DNA from: Candidatus Collierbacteria bacterium GW2011_GWB2_45_17
Lineage (GTDB): Bacteria > Patescibacteriota > Microgenomatia > UBA1400 > MFAQ01
NCBI GenBank assembly: GCA_001001485.1
Contig: LCKO01000003.1
Coordinates: forward strand, 223-64,222
Length of the DNA: 64,000 bases
Direction: 5' to 3'
Shown: one piece after another, positions 19,053 through 28,340 of the stretch
Layout: every line of letters starts with the position of its first letter
Position numbering within the stretch: the first letter of the stretch is position 1
Notes under the pieces: model-generated
The model's database searches: none
What the model saw: the letters and a program-made list of their open reading frames with translations, nothing else
Told to the model about the DNA's origin: nothing
Translations under genes and position numbers: made by a program

Positions 19053-19824
19053 TTTACAAGAAATAGAAAAGAATTATCCGGATAACATTAGAGGATTTAA
19101 AAAGAATCTTCTTAGAGAATACCTGCAATACAAGATTTTGCAAATTATCTTTAATTCAAAGTATTCCGGTAAGCTCTCCTTTCTTGGGGGAACGGAACTG
19201 AGAATCATCCATAACAACTCTAGATTTTCAGAAGATCTTGATTTTGATAACTTTGGTTTGGAAAAAAATGAGTTTGATAAAATTTCAGAGATAGTCAAGA
19301 AACAATTGAGCTTAGAGGGCTACACCGTAGAAGTAAAAAACGTCTTCAAGGGTGCCTACCGATGTTATATTAGAATTCCCAAGATATTGTTTGACAGTAA
19401 TTTGTCCGGCTATGAAGAAGAAAAGATTCTGATTCAGCTGGATACGGCCCCTCACGGCTTCCAGTATGAACCTGAAAGGGTCATCCTTAATAAATTTGAT
19501 ATTTTTACGGAGATAAGCGTCACTCCGATAGATATTATTCTTTCTCAAAAGATATACGCCATTTTTAATCGCCAGGTCCAGAAGGGACGGGATTTTTACG
19601 ACACGGTATTTTTGCTATCCAAAACTAAACCGAACTACGCTTATTTAAAAATAAAACTTGGCGTAGACAACAGCGACTCTCTTCGGACAAAATTACTCAA
19701 TTTTTGTGCGGGACTAAACTTTAAACAGTTAGCCGAAGATGTCAGACCATTTTTGTTCAACTCTCAGGACAGCGATAAAGTTAACTTGTTTGAGAAATAT
19801 ATCAAAACTGCTGACTTGGGGTAA
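19030..19824 (+). CDS. AbiEii/AbiGii-family nucleotidyltransferase toxin (DUF1814)
   Basis: ...LREYLQYKILQIIFNSKYSGKLSFLGGTELRIIHNNSRFSEDLDFD... is the conserved AbiEii N-terminal nucleotidyltransferase core. Confidence 0.7.
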   Translation: MNLSPMLNLQEIEKNYPDNIRGFKKNLLREYLQYKILQIIFNSKYSGKLSFLGGTELRIIHNNSRFSEDLDFDNFGLEKNEFDKISEIVKKQLSLEGYTVEVKNVFKGAYRCYIRIPKILFDSNLSGYEEEKILIQLDTAPHGFQYEPERVILNKFDIFTEISVTPIDIILSQKIYAIFNRQVQKGRDFYDTVFLLSKTKPNYAYLKIKLGVDNSDSLRTKLLNFCAGLNFKQLAEDVRPFLFNSQDSDKVNLFEKYIKTADLG

Positions 19825-19836
19825 AATCTATTCACT

Positions 19837-20865
19837 ATGGCCAAACAAAAAACCGCTGTCATTGTCGGAGTTACTTCTCAAGACGGATCGTATCTCGCTG
19901 AGTTACTGCTTTCGAAAGGCTATAAAGTGGTTGGTACTATACGCAGAACCACCTCGATGGTACATGAAAATATAGAACACCTTAAGGGAAAAATTATTCT
20001 GGAGACTGCCGATCTAATTGATCCAGAATCTTTAAATAAAGTGATGATTGCTCATCAGCCGGATGAAGTTTACAACATCGCCTCTCAATCCGTTCCCGGC
20101 GATGCTTGGACACATCCTTTCTACACCGGTGAAGTCACCGCCCTCGGACCCGTTCGCGTTTTTGAGGCAGTGCGCCACTTTTGCCCTAAAGCTCGAGTCT
20201 ATCAAGCCAGCTCTCGTGAAATCTTTGGTGGTGTCACTGGAGTAGACCGCGCCGATGAATCGACTCCCATTTTTGCCAACAATCCTTACGGTATCGCCAA
20301 GGCCTATGCTCACATGATGGTAGACTGTTACCGCCAGTCTTACGGTATGTTCGTCTGTGCCGGTATTCTTTTTAATCACGAATCTCCCCGCCGCTCTCTT
20401 CACTTTGTCACTCGCAAAATCAGTATGGGTGTCGCTTGTCTCAAACTCGGAATTAAAAATCCCCCGGTCAATGAGCTGGGTGAGCCACTTATCGACTCGG
20501 CCGGCAAACTTCACCTAGGGGACCTCAACGCGATGCGGGACTGGGGCTACTCCAAAGATTATGTCGAAGCCATGTGGCTCATGCTTCAGCAGGATGAACC
20601 CAAGGACTACATCATCGGTACGGACACCAACTACTCTATTAAAGACGCCTGCAAAGCCGCCTTCGACCATGTGGGTCTCAATTGGGAAGAGCACGTCATC
20701 AGTAATACCAAACTTCTCCGTCCTACTGAAATTACCGATATGAGAGGGGACTACTCCGCCGCCAAAAGAGATCTTGGCTGGGAGCCCAAAGTCTTTATGA
20801 AAGAACTTATGGAGATCATGGTCGACTCGGATGTCGAGTGGTTAAAAGTACATAATATTAAGTAA
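19837..20865 (+). CDS. gmd: GDP-mannose 4,6-dehydratase
   Basis: AVIVGVTSQDGSYLAELLLSKGYKVVGTIRR is the Gmd N-terminus; SDR YxxxK (YGIAKAY); ...FNHESPRR... conserved Gmd block. Confidence 0.85.
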   Translation: MAKQKTAVIVGVTSQDGSYLAELLLSKGYKVVGTIRRTTSMVHENIEHLKGKIILETADLIDPESLNKVMIAHQPDEVYNIASQSVPGDAWTHPFYTGEVTALGPVRVFEAVRHFCPKARVYQASSREIFGGVTGVDRADESTPIFANNPYGIAKAYAHMMVDCYRQSYGMFVCAGILFNHESPRRSLHFVTRKISMGVACLKLGIKNPPVNELGEPLIDSAGKLHLGDLNAMRDWGYSKDYVEAMWLMLQQDEPKDYIIGTDTNYSIKDACKAAFDHVGLNWEEHVISNTKLLRPTEITDMRGDYSAAKRDLGWEPKVFMKELMEIMVDSDVEWLKVHNIK

Positions 20866-20867
20866 AT

Positions 20868-21863
20868 ATGCCCGAAAGAAGCATTTTAATAACCGGAAGT
20901 GGGGGCTTTCTGGGTGGTACTGCTACGGAGACCTTGCGTAAAGCCGGTGAAAACGTTATTGGAACCGATGTAAACGTTGAGAGTGAATTGGCTCAGAAAC
21001 TTAAGCTCAGACGACTGGATATTACCAACAGAGAAGAAACTTTAGCTTTCATTTGGAATAACCTACCCGAGACAATCCTCCATTTTGCTGGAATTTCTGT
21101 CCCTAAAGAGGTCGCCAATAACGAAGCCTTAGGTCAAAAAGTAAATGTTGAGTCTGTCATGAATCTCCTTGATGCCGTAGTCAATGCTAGAAGAAAATAT
21201 CCTTCGTACAATCCTGTGATTTTGGTTGCTGGCACCGTAGAACAGTTCGGAGATCCAGCAGTAGAGGGAGAGGTTTTAACCGAAGAGTCAGCTAGAAACC
21301 CAATTAACCACTATGGCAGACAGAAACAATTGATGGCTGAGAAGTTTTTAAATCGATGTCTCAAAGAGGGGATCGGAGGATATGTAATCATCGAAGGTCA
21401 GACTGCGGGGGTAAGTCCCAGTGGAGAAATCAGCCAGAAAAAGGGATTTTTAATTCCCGATCTAGCCTCTCAAGTTGCCGAAATTGAAGCCAGTGGCAGA
21501 GATCAGGGAATCATTGTGACCGGAGAATTAAGCCATCAAAGAAATATAATCGATTTAAACGACGCCATTAAAGCCTGGATTGAAGTCGCTAAAAAAACCC
21601 CCAAACCCGGCGAATATATTGTCTGCGCAGAGAAAAGCAGACCTCTAATTGATGTGTTAAAAATTCTTATCGAAAATTCTAGTGTCGTTAGTATTGTCCA
21701 CGAAATTGATAAGAGTCGTGGGTCTGGAGGAACAGATAGATTTTACAGTCCTGGAAAAATAATGGTTGCTACCAAGGACTGGCGTCCCGAAGTCGAACTA
21801 GAGAAAACCATCAAAGACGTTCTTGAATTTCAACGCCGTCATTTGGTTAAAGGAAACAAATAA
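20868..21863 (+). CDS. NAD-dependent epimerase/dehydratase (extended SDR); possible GDP-4-keto-6-deoxymannose reductase partner of Gmd
   Basis: ILITGSGGFLGG Rossmann motif; YGRQK (YxxxK); placed directly after gmd. Confidence 0.55.
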   Translation: MPERSILITGSGGFLGGTATETLRKAGENVIGTDVNVESELAQKLKLRRLDITNREETLAFIWNNLPETILHFAGISVPKEVANNEALGQKVNVESVMNLLDAVVNARRKYPSYNPVILVAGTVEQFGDPAVEGEVLTEESARNPINHYGRQKQLMAEKFLNRCLKEGIGGYVIIEGQTAGVSPSGEISQKKGFLIPDLASQVAEIEASGRDQGIIVTGELSHQRNIIDLNDAIKAWIEVAKKTPKPGEYIVCAEKSRPLIDVLKILIENSSVVSIVHEIDKSRGSGGTDRFYSPGKIMVATKDWRPEVELEKTIKDVLEFQRRHLVKGNK

Positions 21864-21888
21864 CCGCACTTAAGGGTAAGATAAATAA

Positions 21889-23151
21889 GTGAAAAGAATT
21901 ATCGGCATACTAAAAACTCAGACGATTAAGGATTCGTTTGTAATCTCTTTAGGTCTCGGGGTTTCCGCCGTCATCGGCTTTATCTTCACCATATTGCTTG
22001 CCCGTAGTCTCGGACCGATCAATTTTGGTGTCTACTCTGCTCTCACCGCTCTCGCCGCCATTATCTACAGTCTGGGGGACATGGGGATATCCAACTCCCT
22101 GATAAACTTTTTACCCAAAAAGATTTCCGAGAGATATCAATATCTTTCCACCAGTTTCTGGATGGAGTTTGTCGTAGGTGTCTTTATCCTTCTGTTATTT
22201 GGCATTTTTTCGTTTTTTCATCAAACCATAGTTCCGGGGTCACTGAGTACGGATCTTCTGTTGGCCGGAATAATCTCCTTTAACTACCTTCTGATCATCT
22301 ACACCCAAGGTGTTTTTACTGCCGGCCGAAAGTTCTGGTCATACACGGCCAGTCAGATACTGGACTCCGGTGTCAAGATCGTGATCGTGTTTTTTATTTT
22401 TAAAATGGGAAATCTCTCCATAGGTACCGCCCTTATCGCCAATATAATCTCCACCTTCATCGCTTTACTAATTACCTTTGGGAAAGAGCTTTACTCGATC
22501 GAGTTCGACTTCTTCAAAAAACCTTTTTGGAATATCTTCCATTTTGCCAAGTGGATTGCGGTCTCACGTCTTTTTACGGTAATGATCTCCCGTATCGACA
22601 TAATTCTATTAAATCTTCTTGCCGGAAGTTATGCGGCTGGTATTTTTTCCGCAGCTAGTCGGGTTACTCTCCTCTTTGCTATGGCTGCTGCCGGTCTCGG
22701 AACGGTTATCAATCCACGGTTTTCTTCCTTCGATTCAAATTCAAAAATTCTCACCTATGGCAAAAAATTGCTACTGCTGGTCACGGGAGTAGCTGTTTCT
22801 ATGATACTAGTATCCTTTTTTGCCGCTCCCATTATTACTTTGGTTTATGGTCAAAATTATCTCGAATCAATCACCGTCTTTAGATATTTAATTCTGGCCA
22901 TGATCCCATTTTTATTCACGATCATTAGTAACTCCACCTTGGTATATGCTTTCAATCAGCTAACCTTCTATACCAAGATGATGGCCATCCAAACCACGAT
23001 CATCGTAGTGGTTGATCTACTACTCATCCCCTGGTTGGGATACAACGCCCCGGCAATTGCCCTCTTCACTTCTAATATATTTGTTCTCTTCGCCTCATTC
23101 CTTAAGGTGAGATCTCTAGTCTATGAAAAAAGAAAAGTGGACAGAGAATAG
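21889..23151 (+). CDS. Polysaccharide/oligosaccharide flippase (MOP superfamily, Wzx-like)
   Basis: 420 aa, about 12 TM helices; N-terminus ...LARSLGPINFGVYSALTAL... typical of polysaccharide biosynthesis (Wzx) proteins; GTG start. Confidence 0.5.
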   Translation: MKRIIGILKTQTIKDSFVISLGLGVSAVIGFIFTILLARSLGPINFGVYSALTALAAIIYSLGDMGISNSLINFLPKKISERYQYLSTSFWMEFVVGVFILLLFGIFSFFHQTIVPGSLSTDLLLAGIISFNYLLIIYTQGVFTAGRKFWSYTASQILDSGVKIVIVFFIFKMGNLSIGTALIANIISTFIALLITFGKELYSIEFDFFKKPFWNIFHFAKWIAVSRLFTVMISRIDIILLNLLAGSYAAGIFSAASRVTLLFAMAAAGLGTVINPRFSSFDSNSKILTYGKKLLLLVTGVAVSMILVSFFAAPIITLVYGQNYLESITVFRYLILAMIPFLFTIISNSTLVYAFNQLTFYTKMMAIQTTIIVVVDLLLIPWLGYNAPAIALFTSNIFVLFASFLKVRSLVYEKRKVDRE

Positions 23152-23893
23152 TCACCGCATACTGGAGCAAGCCGATGGACTAACCAAATACAATCGCTGG
23201 CTCATCTCACACTTTTCTCTCTATTTTGGACGAGTCATTCTAGAAATCGGCAGTGGCCAGGGCACTTTATCCAAGCTACTCCCGACCAACTCAATTATTA
23301 TTTTGTCAGATATTTTTCCAGCCTACCTAACCCGACTCAAAAAAATATTTACCGATCCGGTCATCAATCTGAATATCGAGAAAGAAACCCCGGCCAATCT
23401 GATCGGAAAAATGGATACCATTTTTTCCTCTAACGTCTTCGAACATATAGAAAACGATAAACAAGCTTTCGCCAATTGTTTTAAATTGCTCGAGCCACAA
23501 GGGAGATTGTTGCTTTTTGTTCCAGCCCGCCCGGAAATTTTTGGAAAACTGGATGAACAGATGGGACATTATCGCCGCTATACGAAAAACGAACTACGCA
23601 AAAAGGTCGAAGCGGCTGGATTTGAAGTGGAAAAAATATATTATGCCAATCTGCTCGGATATTTCCTGTGGTGGGGTAGGGGGAAAGTACTTCCACTAGT
23701 TACTAAAGTTTGTCATTCCCGACCTGATCGGGAATCCATACGGTTAATCAATATACCCAAATCAGACAAACTGTTTTCCAGGGTTTTCGAATGGTTAATT
23801 GTTCCTCTTCTTTACCTGGAAAAATATATTCATCCACCCTTTGGCCAAAGCCTCGTCCTCATCGCGAAGAAAAGTAATATACAGGCTCACTAA
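23123..23893 (+). CDS. Class I SAM-dependent methyltransferase
   Basis: ILEIGSGQGTLSKLL motif I; LLEPQGRLLLFVP. Confidence 0.55.
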   Translation: MKKEKWTENSHRILEQADGLTKYNRWLISHFSLYFGRVILEIGSGQGTLSKLLPTNSIIILSDIFPAYLTRLKKIFTDPVINLNIEKETPANLIGKMDTIFSSNVFEHIENDKQAFANCFKLLEPQGRLLLFVPARPEIFGKLDEQMGHYRRYTKNELRKKVEAAGFEVEKIYYANLLGYFLWWGRGKVLPLVTKVCHSRPDRESIRLINIPKSDKLFSRVFEWLIVPLLYLEKYIHPPFGQSLVLIAKKSNIQAH

Positions 23894-23965
23894 ACGCCAC
23901 CGATTTGGGAATTGTCGTTAGTACTGGTACTCTTTGAGACACCAACCTTGAAGATAAACCAGTAT

Positions 23966-25039
23966 CTATTGGAAGTAGTTCCTGTAAGCAAAAATCACCT
24001 GTTCTAGAAAAATTTTCTTAACGTGGAAAAGACTTCCTTGTTCATAGAATAGGATTAGTGCTTTTTTATATTCGTCTATATCGACACTTCTATAAGAGAG
24101 CGGGTAATTATCTCCTGCAACTAAAATTGCATTGACAAGCATTCTACTGGTTCTTTTATTACCGTCTGAATACGGCTGTATGTACGGGAACATAACAGAG
24201 GCAATAAATGCCTTCTCAAGTGAAATTTTATCGTCATTAATTATGTTTAGAGTTTCACGAACCACATCCTCAATCTGAAATTTATTATCAAGTGGTTTAT
24301 AAACTGTGCCAGTAATTCCCACTGCTTCATTTCTAATACCGGTATTTATGTTTAAACCTTGAACAATAATATTGTGTAACTGATTTACTTTTGAAACTGA
24401 CAACTGACTGAAATCATCCCTATTTTTCAATATCGTATCAAAAGCTTTTTTATGGTTTAAAATCATTATTACTTCATCTTTTGAATGTCCCTCAGCCAAG
24501 ACACCCCTCTTAATCAGCTCTTCAGTTTCCAGCAAAGAATAAGTATTGCCTTCAATTTTTGATGATTTCCACGAAAGTTCAATGACAAACCTTTCAAGTT
24601 CATTTTTGTAAATATCAAAACTTAATTCTGATACTTTATTTGAAAAGCTTTTACTAATATCTCGAATTTCCTTTAGCTCAACTTCCGAGAAGAGGTTTTT
24701 CAGATGTTTCAAAACATCAAAATCAAATGATTTCTTAGCTCTAACCCTCTGATCAGGATCTAATTTAAAATATGTTTCCAAGTCGAAATATCTCAGAAAT
24801 GGGTTATTTTCTGTCGAGAAATACCTTGTACTGGAGGCCCTTCCTTCAACTTGTATCAATTTTTTATCTAACAGAACATTTAAATCACGAATTAGCGTAG
24901 GCCTTGAAACAGGCTCTACTTTTTCCAGAAGCATTTGAATATCTTCACGGGAGATGCCGTTGGATTGACTAATGATGTTTAAGGCCGATTTTTGCCTATT
25001 CGTTAGTATCGTCTCATTCATATACCAATATCGTCTCAT
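23966..25039 (-). CDS. Fic/DOC-family protein with N-terminal wHTH; degenerate Fic motif
   Basis: Fic-core architecture. The motif reads IQPYSDGNKRTSRML where the canonical HPFx[DE]GNGRxxR is expected (H to Q, F to Y, G to K). Confidence 0.75.
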   Translation of the reverse strand: MRRYWYMNETILTNRQKSALNIISQSNGISREDIQMLLEKVEPVSRPTLIRDLNVLLDKKLIQVEGRASSTRYFSTENNPFLRYFDLETYFKLDPDQRVRAKKSFDFDVLKHLKNLFSEVELKEIRDISKSFSNKVSELSFDIYKNELERFVIELSWKSSKIEGNTYSLLETEELIKRGVLAEGHSKDEVIMILNHKKAFDTILKNRDDFSQLSVSKVNQLHNIIVQGLNINTGIRNEAVGITGTVYKPLDNKFQIEDVVRETLNIINDDKISLEKAFIASVMFPYIQPYSDGNKRTSRMLVNAILVAGDNYPLSYRSVDIDEYKKALILFYEQGSLFHVKKIFLEQVIFAYRNYFQ

Positions 25040-25060
25040 TTTGAGACGATCCTGTCAAGG

Positions 25061-25798
25061 TCAAAGTGTGCGAATAGACAAAAGGTTGTACTTAAAAATA
25101 CACCAGAGGGCCCAGAGACCATCTTTCCAGTCGATTTTTTTGCCCTGCTCGTAGCTGCGGCCGTGATAACTGATACCGACTTCGTAGACCCGCGCTCCCA
25201 TCCTCGCCACCTTAGCTGTAAACTCCGGCTCTAGTCCAAAACGATTTTCTTTTAAGTCAAGTTTACGTGCCACCTTGGAAGTAAACATCTTGTAGCCGGT
25301 TTCCATGTCGGTCAGATTGAGATTGGTACAAGTATTGGATATTAGTGTCAGAGTGTTATTTGCTACCATATGCCAGAAGAAGAGTACGCGGTGCGGTTTG
25401 TTTCCCATAAATCTGGAGCCGTAAACTACATCTGCGTCACCATCGGCAATAGGTTTAAGTAAGATGGGGAGTTCTCTGGGGTCATACTCAAGGTCGGCAT
25501 CCTGAATGACCACCACGTCTCCGGTCACTTCCCTCAGACCCCTCCTGATCACCGCTCCCTTCCCCCGATTCTTCCTTATCGTAATAATCTTTATAGAGTC
25601 TCCTTTGGTCTTGATTCCTAGATTTCTTGAGTTCTTGAGTTCTTTACCGGTGTCGTCGGTTGATCCGTCATTTACCACAATTAATTCTTTGCTGACTTTT
25701 CCCAGGTTGACCGCCAGCACTTTCCGGATAGCCTTGGCCACAAATTTTTCCTCGTTGTAGACAGGCATGATGATCGACAGTTTCTTTATCATGCTCAT
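25061..25798 (-). CDS. GT2 glycosyltransferase, dolichyl/polyprenyl-phosphate sugar synthase-like
   Basis: [22 protein letters not shown] ... [10 protein letters not shown] ... [12 protein letters not shown] (DPM1-like). Confidence 0.7.
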   Translation of the reverse strand: MSMIKKLSIIMPVYNEEKFVAKAIRKVLAVNLGKVSKELIVVNDGSTDDTGKELKNSRNLGIKTKGDSIKIITIRKNRGKGAVIRRGLREVTGDVVVIQDADLEYDPRELPILLKPIADGDADVVYGSRFMGNKPHRVLFFWHMVANNTLTLISNTCTNLNLTDMETGYKMFTSKVARKLDLKENRFGLEPEFTAKVARMGARVYEVGISYHGRSYEQGKKIDWKDGLWALWCIFKYNLLSIRTL

Positions 25799-25865
25799 AG
25801 TGTAAACTGAAAATGAAATAATTTGATTATGCGATTATCTTAACATTGTGGTTTAATAAATACAG

Positions 25866-26171
25866 ATGTTAACCACTGCAGATAAAAATTGGATCAAAAC
25901 TAACTTTGCCACCAAAGACGATCTTTCAAACTATGCCACGAGGGCAGAACTCTTCAAGGAAATTGGTGAATTTAGGCTAGAAATGAAAGAGTCATTGAAC
26001 GAAATTAAAAATACCCTTGATTATGTTGTTGGTGAGATAAAGGAGAATCGCCAAGAGCGAGACGTAATTAGTCATCGTGTCTATCGGGATCACACCCCAA
26101 GGCTCGAGGATCACGAGAAACGGATTGTCAAAATCGAATCTTATCCTCGGATCATTTCCTCGACCGTATAA
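25866..26171 (+). CDS. Hypothetical coiled-coil protein (101 aa)
   Basis: Charged and helical composition; sits between divergent GT2 genes; no family recognised. Confidence 0.3.
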   Translation: MLTTADKNWIKTNFATKDDLSNYATRAELFKEIGEFRLEMKESLNEIKNTLDYVVGEIKENRQERDVISHRVYRDHTPRLEDHEKRIVKIESYPRIISSTV

Positions 26172-26228
26172 TAGTCTTAATGAAGCATGGCTTCTCCATT
26201 CTGATCATGTCTCTATTTATAATTACTT

Positions 26229-26948
26229 ATGAACTTATCTGTCGTCATTCCCACCCTTAACGAAGAAAAAGATTTACCCGAGTGTCTAGAATCACTAAAG
26301 GGGTTGGCTGATGAAGTAATTGTTGTCGACTCGGGATCTACCGACAAAACGGTCGAAATTGCTACGAGGTTTGGGGTAAAGATAGTTAACCATCCATTTA
26401 CTTCATACTCGGGTACCCGCAACTTTGGAGATAGTCAGGTTAGGGGGGATTGGATTCTTTCGATCGAAGCCGATGTGACCATTTCGCCGGAACTTTCAGA
26501 AGAAATCACTAAGGCAATAAATTTAGAAAAATTTGACGCCTATTTCATTGGCCGGGTCAATATTATCTGGGGAGCCAAAGTATTGCACGCTGATTGGAGT
26601 CCCAAGGATGATTTTCATATCTGGCTTTATCGCCGAGGAATAGGGGAGTGGCAGAGTTTAGTACATGAAGAATTTGTCACCGATAAAAAAGCCGGTATGT
26701 TAATAAATTTTCTGATGCACAAAAACTACGAGACGGTTTCTGAATATATCGACAAAATAAACAAGTATTCTGAACTTGCCATAAGACAAAAAAACTACTT
26801 CCCTGACTGGTGGTTTCTCCGGGATTTTTTCAAAAGATATTTTTATAAACTTGGTTTTTTAGATGGTTATCGCGGTTTATTTTTGAGCTATCTCCAGTCT
26901 GTCTATTACCTGACCTTGTCGGTAAAAAGATATACTAAAACCAGCTAA
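26229..26948 (+). CDS. Glycosyltransferase family 2
   Basis: MNLSVVIPTLNEEKDLPECLESLKGLADEVIVVDSGSTDKTVEIA. Confidence 0.6.
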   Translation: MNLSVVIPTLNEEKDLPECLESLKGLADEVIVVDSGSTDKTVEIATRFGVKIVNHPFTSYSGTRNFGDSQVRGDWILSIEADVTISPELSEEITKAINLEKFDAYFIGRVNIIWGAKVLHADWSPKDDFHIWLYRRGIGEWQSLVHEEFVTDKKAGMLINFLMHKNYETVSEYIDKINKYSELAIRQKNYFPDWWFLRDFFKRYFYKLGFLDGYRGLFLSYLQSVYYLTLSVKRYTKTS

Positions 26949-26951
26949 GAT

Positions 26952-28340
26952 ATGCTTATAGTTCTAATTACCATTCTCGGGTTGGTCATGCGTTTGATTC
27001 TTGCCAATCAAAGTTTTTGGCTGGATGAAGGAGCCTCCCTCATGTTTGCTAAGTTACCGGTAAATCAGCTATTCGAAGCCATCAAAACCGACTTTCATCC
27101 ACCAATTTTTTACGGGTTACTTCATTACTGGCTACCACTGGCAGGAAAATCAGAATGGCTCATCCGTCTGCCCTTTATATTATTAGCCACCTTAACAATT
27201 CCGGCGCTCTATCTCCTGGCTAAGGAAATTTTTGGATCCAAATCGCCAGTTCCAATTTTAGCCTCTCTCTTCTTGGCCTTGAATCCGCTACATATTTATT
27301 ATTCTCAAGAGTTGCGCATGTACTCTCTGGTTACTTTACTAGTGGTTCTGTCGTGGTATTTCTTACTGAGGAGGAAATACCTTTTAACAGGGCTTCTTAG
27401 CTTTGTTGGTTTCTTCACTTTTTACGGGGCAATTTTTAATATTATTTCTCAAACTGTTTATCTTCTTTTAACCAAAGAAAAAAATAAACCAAAAACCTTT
27501 TTCTTTCTTGTCCTTCCCGCGCTAATTGGTTTTGCCTGTTGGTGGCCTGTGTTTTCAGTTCAGCTTAGTAATGGAAATTATTTACAGACCGCCCTTCCGG
27601 GATGGCAAGGTCTTTCCGGAACTTTAACCCTTAAGTCTCTCTTTCTGATTCCTCTCAAGTTCATCCTTGGTCGCATCTCGTTTGACCCTCAAAGACTATA
27701 TTTGCTTGTTGGCGGTTTTATGGTGTTTATCTTTTTCACCTTAGCCGGATATTCTGGTAAAAATAAAAAAACCTTACCCGTTTGGATCGCTTTTATGGTG
27801 CCTCTCATTATTGGAGTTTTAGTTAGTTTAAAAACTCCGGTTCTCGGTTACTGGCGCTTTCTTTATATTCTGCCCTTCTTCATCCTACTTCTGGCTGCCG
27901 GCGTTGAGGTCTTACCCAAAGTAGCTCGTACGGCAACAATCGCCTGGATCTGCGGCACCTTCATCTTTTTTAATATTTTCTTCTGGACCAATATTCAATT
28001 TCAGAGGGAAGATTGGCGAGGATTATCCGACTTTATTGGTAATAAAAACGCTTTAGTCGTTCTACCCTTTTCCGGCATCTTCGCCCCCTTAAACTTTTAT
28101 GAACCGAAAGCCACCTATCTCATTGCTCAAAGCTCGCTTGGAAAAAACAATCAAGACTTACTTCAGTCTGCCAAAAGAGATTTTGTTTCTAAGGACAATC
28201 TCTATGTGATGGATTATCTGGCTGATCTGACCGATCCAGATCGAAAAATTCTTAAAACAATCCGGGAAATGGGGCTTCGGGAACTCAAGGTCTATAATTT
28301 TAACAATCTGGGACAAGTCTACGAGTTCCACCATTTATGA
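26952..28340 (+). CDS. GT39/PMT_2-family membrane glycosyltransferase
   Basis: ...ANQSFWLDEGASL... (DE motif in loop 1) and multi-TM topology. Confidence 0.55.
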   Translation: MLIVLITILGLVMRLILANQSFWLDEGASLMFAKLPVNQLFEAIKTDFHPPIFYGLLHYWLPLAGKSEWLIRLPFILLATLTIPALYLLAKEIFGSKSPVPILASLFLALNPLHIYYSQELRMYSLVTLLVVLSWYFLLRRKYLLTGLLSFVGFFTFYGAIFNIISQTVYLLLTKEKNKPKTFFFLVLPALIGFACWWPVFSVQLSNGNYLQTALPGWQGLSGTLTLKSLFLIPLKFILGRISFDPQRLYLLVGGFMVFIFFTLAGYSGKNKKTLPVWIAFMVPLIIGVLVSLKTPVLGYWRFLYILPFFILLLAAGVEVLPKVARTATIAWICGTFIFFNIFFWTNIQFQREDWRGLSDFIGNKNALVVLPFSGIFAPLNFYEPKATYLIAQSSLGKNNQDLLQSAKRDFVSKDNLYVMDYLADLTDPDRKILKTIREMGLRELKVYNFNNLGQVYEFHHL

